Shown: one piece after another, positions 55,095 to 61,905 of the stretch
Layout of the letters: every line of letters begins with the position of its first letter
How positions within the stretch are numbered: position 1 is the stretch's first letter
From: Candidatus Desulfarcum epimagneticum
GTDB taxonomy: Bacteria; Desulfobacterota; Desulfobacteria; Desulfobacterales; CR-1
Reading direction: 5' to 3'
Length of the DNA stretch: 64,000 bases
NCBI GenBank assembly: GCA_900659855.1
Contig: CAACVI010000045.1
Location: forward strand, 60,985-124,984
Position numbers and translations under genes: made by a program
The notes under the pieces: model-generated
Told to the model about the DNA's origin: nothing
Seen by the model: only the letters and a program-made list of their open reading frames with translations
Databases searched by the model: none

Positions 55095-55283
55095 TTACAG
55101 AGGAATCTTATCCACCACATCCGCCGCCTTATCAATGGCCTCATCCACCACGTCCCCCACCACAGGAACAACCGAAATAACAGCCCCTCCCACCCTCATG
55201 GGCACAGTCACGGCCTTTGTTAACAGGCATCCGCTTAAAAAGATCAAAGACAAAGTCAACAGCAAGTATTTTATAGATTTCAT
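55095..55283 (-). CDS. Small lipoprotein (62 aa)
   Basis: Lipobox LSGC after a hydrophobic signal (MKSIKYLLLTLSLIFLSGC). Confidence 0.55.
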   Translation of the reverse strand: MKSIKYLLLTLSLIFLSGCLLTKAVTVPMRVGGAVISVVPVVGDVVDEAIDKAADVVDKIPL

Positions 55284-55413
55284 AATTCCGCCTCTTTTAA
55301 ATAAAGAAAATGATGGGGGAAACGTTTATCCCCTGTTTTTATTAAAAATATTCTATTTGCGATGAAAAGTCAAGATGAATCCTTGACATTATATCGCCAT
55401 GGCCCGCGCATCT

Positions 55414-55625
55414 GGGAACCCCTCCAGCGCGAGCAGTTTGGGGAAAAATGTCGCGGCAAAAACAGACGAGGCCCCGGGCAAAAGTCGCCGCGCTGATCCA
55501 TGCCTCCCCAGGGGAAATCATATTCACCAGCTGCGGAAAGGAGAGCGACAACGCCACCATTGAGTCAAACCCCGGCAAAAAACATATCATCGCCTCCCGG
55601 GTGGAGCGCCCCGCCGCAAAAACCT
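55414..55625 (+). pseudogene. Remnant of a cysteine desulfurase (NifS/IscS class V aminotransferase) N-terminal region, frameshifted and truncated
   Basis: Frame 1 reads GNPSSASSLGKNVAAKTDEA. Frame 2 (ORF 55448..) reads AKVAALIHASPGEIIFTSCGKESDNATIE..GKKHIIASRVERPAA. Together these mirror FGNPSS...AR..VA.LI.A...EI.FTSGGTESNN...GKHIITS.VEHPAV. Confidence 0.55.
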
Positions 55626-55633
55626 TTTCGACA

Positions 55634-56134
55634 TTAATCAGCAGTATATATTACTTTACCACGAGATGTAAAGGAAACCCCTTGTTGTGATTGCGTGCCA
55701 ATCATTATTGATTCAATAATGGGGGGATTAACAAATTTATTGGATTGCCATTCAACCATAAAATTGGCGCCTGACCCCCCAGTTTTGTCTCTTTCTGATA
55801 TCACATAGCGCAAAGAGCCTAATGGATTCAATATGATGGGTTTGTCCATATATTTTTTCAACAATTTGCCTTGCGTTTCATAATAATCAACCATGTTGAT
55901 TTTGATTCGATGCTTTGGATCAATGTTTCTAATGCTCAATGTCACCGTCAACATGAAAGGTCTCTCTCTATTGCCACTATAAATGTGTGAATAAGCGGGC
56001 ACGTACAGAACCTGGCCTTTTGACAAGTCAATGTTTTTTTCAGCGGCATATGATAAAAGGGGTGGAACAAAAATAAACCAAAATAAAATAAACAAATATC
56101 CAAAAGGAATATTATTTCTCATTTTTTTCTCCAA
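55634..56134 (-). CDS. DUF3124 domain protein (exported)
   Basis: GQVLYVPAYSHIYSG...LSIRNID...GGSGANFMVEW...PIIESIM match the DUF3124 motifs as I remember them. Confidence 0.65.
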   Translation of the reverse strand: MEKKMRNNIPFGYLFILFWFIFVPPLLSYAAEKNIDLSKGQVLYVPAYSHIYSGNRERPFMLTVTLSIRNIDPKHRIKINMVDYYETQGKLLKKYMDKPIILNPLGSLRYVISERDKTGGSGANFMVEWQSNKFVNPPIIESIMIGTQSQQGVSFTSRGKVIYTAD

Positions 56135-56216
56135 ATATGCCCCATTTGACGATGTTCAAAACAAAATAGAGCAGTTAAGGATTACCTTCAAATAAAAAGC
56201 GCGCAGTTTAAACGCC

Positions 56217-57194
56217 TCAATCCGGCTTATAAGGCTTTCCCAAAGCGGCCGGGGGGCGGCCGGAAAAAATCTTCAGGACGGATTTCGCCAGCCGTCTTTT
56301 GCCGGCCCAGTCCAGGACCGATTCTTTCTGGGCGAAATCCATGATCAGAAGGGCGAATATCATCAGGGGAAAGGGGGCGATCTGAAGCGCCTGGGCCGGG
56401 ATCGAGGGAAACCAGCCCTGGAAATAAATGCCCGCGATTTGCAGAAACGAAAAAAAACAGGCGCCCAAAACGGCCCGGACCGGATGCCATCCCCCGAAAA
56501 TCACCAGGGCCAGGGCGATCCAGCCCGTTCCCTCGGCCCCCTGGGGGCGGCCCCAGCCCGGCTTCACCGAAAGGGAAAAGGCCGCGCCCGCAAGGCCCGT
56601 GAAAATCCCCCCGCACACCACGCAGAGCATCCGGATGGGCCGGGGGGAAAGCCCCCGGGCGTAAGACGCCTCGGGGCGCTCGCCCACGGATCTCAGGCTC
56701 AGGCCCGCGGGGGTTTTGTATATGAAAAACCAGAGCAGAAAGGTCAGAAAAAAGCCCATGTAAACCGGGACGGAATGGGAAAAAAACGCCTCGCCGAAAA
56801 AGGGAATGTCGCGCAGGAGCCAGATGGGCGCCGTCTCGGCCTGGGGCCCCCGGACCCCGGCGTAGGGGTTTCCGAGGAAATAGGCGAGGTCCCGGGCCAT
56901 GAGGGTCAAAGCGAAGCCCACCGCTGTCTGGGACCGGCCCAGGTAAACGCTGAAAACCGCCACCACCAGGGCGCACAGCCCTCCCACCGCCGCCGCCGAG
57001 ACAAAGCCCGCCGCCACGCTGCCGGTTTCATAGGCCGTCGCAAAGGCGACCATGGCGGTTAAAAGGATGACGCCGTCTATGGACAGATTGATGACCCCGG
57101 ATTTTTCCGTCAGGGTCTCGCCCAGAACCGCCAGGACAATGGGCGCGGCCACCGCCAGGACCCCTGAAAAAAGCATGGCCGGGCTGATGTCCAT
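56217..57194 (-). CDS. ABC transporter permease (BMP/nucleoside-type, YufQ-like)
   Basis: 325 aa multi-TM protein. 1-nt TAATG overlap with the upstream permease gene. Confidence 0.82.
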   Translation of the reverse strand: MDISPAMLFSGVLAVAAPIVLAVLGETLTEKSGVINLSIDGVILLTAMVAFATAYETGSVAAGFVSAAAVGGLCALVVAVFSVYLGRSQTAVGFALTLMARDLAYFLGNPYAGVRGPQAETAPIWLLRDIPFFGEAFFSHSVPVYMGFFLTFLLWFFIYKTPAGLSLRSVGERPEASYARGLSPRPIRMLCVVCGGIFTGLAGAAFSLSVKPGWGRPQGAEGTGWIALALVIFGGWHPVRAVLGACFFSFLQIAGIYFQGWFPSIPAQALQIAPFPLMIFALLIMDFAQKESVLDWAGKRRLAKSVLKIFSGRPPAALGKPYKPD

Positions 57195-58240
57195 TATTCC
57201 GCCCGCCGTGTGTGTTTAAGGTCGTGCCAGGATCTGGCTCCCAGGGCCGCCAGGACCAGGGCGCCCTGGATCACCCCGCTTAAGGAAGAGTCGATCTGCA
57301 AAACCATGGGAAGCTGGATGCTGCCCACATTCAGACAGGCGAAAAAAAACGCCACCACCGGAACCATTCGAATCCCGTAGTTGGAAAGCATGGCCACCAG
57401 AAGCGCCAGGTATCCGTAATTGCTGGAGATGGCCGGTATCAGGCGGTGATAGACCCCGGTGACCTGGACGGTCCCGGCCAGCCCCGCGAACCCCCCGGCC
57501 AGAACCATGCCGATGATCATCAGCCGGGCGGGTCTGGCGCCCAGAAGAAAGGCCGCCGCGCGGTTTTCCCCGATGGCCCGGAAATGAAGGCCGATCCGGG
57601 CCCGGTTCAACACAAACCCGGCGGCCGCGATGGCGGCCAGCGCCAGCGCCAGACCCGCCGGGGAGATCCGGAAATTCGGCCAGACCGAAAGCCACAGCCC
57701 GGGCTCAAAAAGCGCCGTGCCGCTCATGGAGGCCGAGCCGGGGCGCCGCCACTTCCCGAATATCAGCCACAGCACAAGGCCCTGGGCCACAAAGTTGAGC
57801 CCCAGACCCGCGAAAATTTCGTTGACCCCGCCCTTTGTTTTTAAAAAACCCGCGACCATGGCCCACAGCGCCCCGCCCGCCGCGCCGGCGAAAAAGGACA
57901 GGCAGAGAAACAGGGCCGGGAAATCCACGGCCGGCCCCATCCTGAGCAGGGCGGTGGCGCACACGGCGCCCACGATCATCTGGCCTTCCACCCCGATGTT
58001 CCACAGGTTCATTCTGAATGTGAAAAGCAGTCCGCAGGCGCAAAGGACCAAAGGAATCCACACCTGGATGACCCGGGCGAATTTTCCCCAGGAGCCCAGG
58101 GAGCCCTTGAGCATCAGAAAACACGCATCAACAGGATCGGCGCCCGCCAGGAACAGCGCCAGGGCCGCGAACGCGAAGGCGGCCCCGGCCGCCGCGCACG
58201 CGCGGAAAACAGAACTCAGAAGCGGCGGAGGCTTACGCAT
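57194..58240 (-). CDS. ABC transporter permease (YufP-like)
   Basis: Start set at the internal ATG (MRKPPPLLSS...), which overlaps the ATPase stop by 8 nt. The full ORF 57194..58336 begins with TTG inside the ATPase gene. Confidence 0.8.
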   Translation of the reverse strand: MRKPPPLLSSVFRACAAAGAAFAFAALALFLAGADPVDACFLMLKGSLGSWGKFARVIQVWIPLVLCACGLLFTFRMNLWNIGVEGQMIVGAVCATALLRMGPAVDFPALFLCLSFFAGAAGGALWAMVAGFLKTKGGVNEIFAGLGLNFVAQGLVLWLIFGKWRRPGSASMSGTALFEPGLWLSVWPNFRISPAGLALALAAIAAAGFVLNRARIGLHFRAIGENRAAAFLLGARPARLMIIGMVLAGGFAGLAGTVQVTGVYHRLIPAISSNYGYLALLVAMLSNYGIRMVPVVAFFFACLNVGSIQLPMVLQIDSSLSGVIQGALVLAALGARSWHDLKHTRRAE

Positions 58241-59714
58241 CAGACCGTATATCGCCGGCGATGGCCCGGCCGATTTCGCCGACATCGGCGTTTTCCATGT
58301 TAAAATCCTTAATAATGGCGCCGTTGAAAAACACAAGGGCGCGGTGGGCGGCCATGATGGCGTCGTCGATTTCAGAGGAGGAGAACAAAACAGCGGCCCC
58401 GTTCACGGCGTGGCGTTTCAGGCGCTCCCACACCATGCGGGCCGATTCGGGGTCCAGCCCCCGGGCCGGGTCCTCCAGGAGCAAAACAGCGGGATTTTGA
58501 GGAAGAAAGGACATGAGCAGCCGCTGCTGGTTTCCCCCGGAAAGCGCCCCGGCGGCGGAGCCGGGGGAGCCTTTGATGTCAAAACGGCCGATGGCCGCCC
58601 GGGCCGTTTCAAGGCCCTGTTTTCGATTTAAAAAAAAGCCTTTTTTTCTTTTCAGGATAAAATGCTCGGAGATGGAAAAGGAGGAAATCAGCCCCTCCCC
58701 CACCCGGTCCGCCGGCAGAAAGGCCGCGCCCATTTCCTGAAAGCGGCGGAAAGGTTTTCCGGTCATGTTTTGGCCCCGCAGGAAAACCTCGCCCGCGCCC
58801 GGCCGCTTGAGCCCGGCGCCCATCCGGAAAAAAAGGGACTGGCCGCTTCCCTCCACGCCCAGAAGCGCCGTGATTTCTCCCCGGCGCGCCGTGACATGGC
58901 AGTTTTTCAGGCCCGGCCCCGGGCCCCCGGCGCTCACATGCCGAAACTCCAAAACCGCCTCGCCCGCGACCGACGCCGGGGCGCGAAAGGGTGGGGGCCT
59001 GGTCTTAAACATCATCTCAAACACGGTCTCGGCGTCAAAAGGCCGGCTGATCCGGCCGGCGACCTTCCCGCGCCTTAACACCGTGACCTCATCGCAAAGC
59101 GCCCGGACATCCTCCAGTTTATGGGACACCAGAACCACGCTTTTTCCCATGGCGGCCAGACGGCGCAGCGCCTCAAACAGCCCCTCTTTCAAACGGTCCG
59201 ATATCCCGGTGGCGGGCTCGTCCAGTATAAGAACCCGGACGCCTTTTTCCAAAAGACGCAAAAGCTCCAGCTGATGCCGCTGGCCGATGGTGAGACTCTC
59301 CTCCAGGGCCCCCGGGTCCAGGTTGAAATTGAACCGGGCCATGGCCCCTTCCAGTTTCTTCAAAAAGGTTTTCCGGTCGCCCCCGGACTGACCCAGCATA
59401 AAATTTTCCAGAACCGTCAGGCCCGGAAAATCCATCGGCTCCTGAAACAGCATGCCGACACCGGCGCGAAGGGCCATGGCCGGATTCTTAAAGTCCGCCC
59501 TGCGGCCGTCGATCCGAATGGAGCCGCCGGTTTTTTGAACGGCGCCGGCCAGAATTTTCATCAGCGTGCTTTTGCCGGCCCCGTTTTCGCCCAGCGCTCC
59601 ATGAATAGAGCCTTTCTTGATCACAAGCGACACGCCGTCGTTGGCTTTGACGGGGCCGTAATACTTGCGAATGTCTCTCATCTCAACGTGGATGTCCGAA
59701 TCCCGGTGGGTCAT
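58233..59714 (-). CDS. ABC transporter ATP-binding protein with two fused ATPase domains
   Basis: Walker A GENGAGKST. ABC-signature-like motifs in both halves (LTIGQRHQLEL, LSGGNQQRL). 493 aa. Confidence 0.9.
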   Translation of the reverse strand: MTHRDSDIHVEMRDIRKYYGPVKANDGVSLVIKKGSIHGALGENGAGKSTLMKILAGAVQKTGGSIRIDGRRADFKNPAMALRAGVGMLFQEPMDFPGLTVLENFMLGQSGGDRKTFLKKLEGAMARFNFNLDPGALEESLTIGQRHQLELLRLLEKGVRVLILDEPATGISDRLKEGLFEALRRLAAMGKSVVLVSHKLEDVRALCDEVTVLRRGKVAGRISRPFDAETVFEMMFKTRPPPFRAPASVAGEAVLEFRHVSAGGPGPGLKNCHVTARRGEITALLGVEGSGQSLFFRMGAGLKRPGAGEVFLRGQNMTGKPFRRFQEMGAAFLPADRVGEGLISSFSISEHFILKRKKGFFLNRKQGLETARAAIGRFDIKGSPGSAAGALSGGNQQRLLMSFLPQNPAVLLLEDPARGLDPESARMVWERLKRHAVNGAAVLFSSSEIDDAIMAAHRALVFFNGAIIKDFNMENADVGEIGRAIAGDIRSDA

Positions 59715-59730
59715 GTCAAGGCGTCCCGAT

Positions 59731-60930
59731 TTATTCCGCCGCGCCCCGGCCGGTCATGCCCTTCAGAAGATCCCGCATGCGCCATACCTGGGAATCGGTG
59801 GCCGTCTCCCCCTTTTTAACAAAAACGCTTCCGTCCTGGTAGTCCAGCGGACCGGTGAAAAGGTTCACGGCCCCGGAGCCCAAATCCTGAATAAAGGCGT
59901 CCAGGGATTTTTTCGCGTTTGCCGAAAGCCCTTTTCCCGGGATGAACCCCACGGGGCTGGAGTCGGGATCGTTGATGTTCTTCCAGTCGGGATGGGACCA
60001 TATCCATTCCGATTCCCACCGGCCCGCCCGAAGCTTTTTGATAAAATTCACATAATCCGGTCCCCAGTTAAAGTACGGGACCCCCAGGCAGACCTCCGGG
60101 GCGCTCCCGCACGCCCCCACATAATCGTATGGAACGGCCCACACGCGTTTGCCTTCCCGGCGCTTCTGATCGGCCACCACCAGGGCCTCGGTGGTGTCGA
60201 TGCCCGAGATGACCACGTCATGGCCCGAGTTGAAAAAATTCCGCGTCACCTGGGTGGGATCCGCCGTGACGCCCGGAATGTTGAACCAGAAGCCGATCCA
60301 GGTGACCTTGAACGTCAAATCCTTCGGGTCCTTTCCCAGGACCTTTTCCCAGGCGTATCGGGCGCCCAGGTAGGCGGAGGCGGTCAGCCTGCGGGTCTCT
60401 TCGTTCAAAAGGGGGCCCAGGTAGGCCAGCTTGCCGGTCTTGGTGGAAAGGGCCGCCGCGAAACCGGCCATCATCTTGCCGTACTCCATGCGCCCCATAA
60501 GATTGCTCAAATTTTTCGGGGCCTTTCCCGTCAGAACGTCGTCTCCTGAAACATGGATAAAACGGACGCCCGGGTACATGAGAGCGGCCTGACGGGCTCC
60601 GTCCTTCATGTCATCGGAGTTGGCGATGATCAGCCGGGCGCCTTTCTCGACCATATCCTCCACCAGCTGGGGGACGGTGACGCCGGGCCGGTCCGAGGGA
60701 TTGACCTTGTCGATATAAATCATCCGGGTCCCGGGGATTTTTTTCTCCACATACTTCCCGGCCTCGAAATGGGCCTGGCTCCAGCCCCGGTCATTGCGCG
60801 GCCCCACCAGAAGGAGGCCGAAGACCCATTCTTTTTCAGCGGCCCGGACGGAATGGGCCGGGGCCATCATCAGCATGGACAGCGCCACGGCGACGGCGAA
60901 GATGGATCCAAAGGTTTTTTTATTCATCAT
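59731..60930 (-). CDS. BMP-family (basic membrane protein/PnrA-like) substrate-binding protein
   Basis: Start at MMNKKTFGSIFAVAVALSMLMMAPAHS (GGAGG 8 nt upstream). Heads the transporter operon. Confidence 0.8.
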   Translation of the reverse strand: MMNKKTFGSIFAVAVALSMLMMAPAHSVRAAEKEWVFGLLLVGPRNDRGWSQAHFEAGKYVEKKIPGTRMIYIDKVNPSDRPGVTVPQLVEDMVEKGARLIIANSDDMKDGARQAALMYPGVRFIHVSGDDVLTGKAPKNLSNLMGRMEYGKMMAGFAAALSTKTGKLAYLGPLLNEETRRLTASAYLGARYAWEKVLGKDPKDLTFKVTWIGFWFNIPGVTADPTQVTRNFFNSGHDVVISGIDTTEALVVADQKRREGKRVWAVPYDYVGACGSAPEVCLGVPYFNWGPDYVNFIKKLRAGRWESEWIWSHPDWKNINDPDSSPVGFIPGKGLSANAKKSLDAFIQDLGSGAVNLFTGPLDYQDGSVFVKKGETATDSQVWRMRDLLKGMTGRGAAE

Positions 60931-61153
60931 AACAGGCCTCCTCCCCCATATCAAAAAAGGAATAAAAGATTAAAACGGCTGACGACTTTAAAAAACATGT
61001 TTGTCTCTTTCCCCCCTTATAAAAAAACCCCGCCCCCAGGTCAAGGAAAACTCCTCGTCCGCCCATATTGACATCCGGCCGCAGTCATGTTAACCCTGTG
61101 GGACAGACGAGGCGTTTTTTCAAGCGATTCAAAAAAGACAAAAGGCCCCCAAA

Positions 61154-61843
61154 ATGGACTTCACGCCCTCTCCCATACAGACCCTGGCTCTCTGGCGTCT
61201 TTTGTTCTCCGACGACCCGGCGCCCATGCAGTCCAGGCTCAAGCCCCGTCTGACCCCGGCCCAGAGAAAGGAGCTGGCCGACGCCGGTCTTATTTGTCTT
61301 TCAAAGCGTGGGCGGGCCTTTTATGTGGAGCTGACGGAAAAAGCCTGGGCCTGGGCCGAAAAAAACCTCGACGCGCCTTTTTCCCGCACCGTCAACGCGG
61401 CGGCGCCTTTCGCCTGTCTGCTTTCAGCGCTCAAGCGCCACATGGCGGCCGAAAACATCCCCCTGACCGAAATATTGCGCCCCAAAGAAAACGGCGAAAA
61501 ACATAAAAAAGCCGAAACGTCCCGAAACGCGGTTTCGCCCGGGCGGGGAATTCGCCGAGGCAAAGACCATGAGAAAGACCAGGGAAAAAAAAGGATCAAA
61601 GCCGCCTGCCTGGAGGCGTCCGGCGGAAGATTAAACGTTCGGATCCGCCTGGCCCGTCTGCGCGAAATCGCGGATGACATTCCCCCCCGGACCCTGGAGG
61701 CGATCATCCGAGACATGCAATTGGACGGGACCGCGGTTCTCTACCCCTTGGACGACCCGTCTGAAATCACGCCGGAGGACGAGGCGGCGGCCGTCTTAGT
61801 CATGGGGAGAAAAAACCACATCCTGTACATGACCTCGATGTGA
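61154..61843 (+). CDS. Hypothetical protein, possibly two winged-helix-like modules separated by a basic linker
   Basis: 229 aa. N-terminal LTPAQRKELADAGLICLSKRGRAFYVELTEKAW and C-terminal IADDIPPRTLEAIIRDMQLDGTAVLYPLDDPSEI resemble wHTH segments (pattern-level impression only). The RBS is weak and the start uncertain. Confidence 0.45.
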   Translation: MDFTPSPIQTLALWRLLFSDDPAPMQSRLKPRLTPAQRKELADAGLICLSKRGRAFYVELTEKAWAWAEKNLDAPFSRTVNAAAPFACLLSALKRHMAAENIPLTEILRPKENGEKHKKAETSRNAVSPGRGIRRGKDHEKDQGKKRIKAACLEASGGRLNVRIRLARLREIADDIPPRTLEAIIRDMQLDGTAVLYPLDDPSEITPEDEAAAVLVMGRKNHILYMTSM

Positions 61844-61905
61844 CGCCCCGGCGGGCGTCCGGTTTGGTTTAAAACACTTTTAAAAATAAAAAAAGGCCCT
61901 GACGC

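Larger units (their letters stand above)
52524..56216. other. AT-rich accessory islet (TA modules, repeats, gene remnants)
   Basis: Visibly lower GC than both flanks. Contents are listed as separate features. Confidence 0.6.

Noticed and set aside
56227-56976. 249-aa and other alternative-frame ORFs inside the ABC permease/ATPase genes (56227..56976, 57216..57695, 57630..58631, 58662..59078)
   Set aside because: They are Gly/Pro/Arg-rich alternative frames of clear membrane-permease and ATPase genes.
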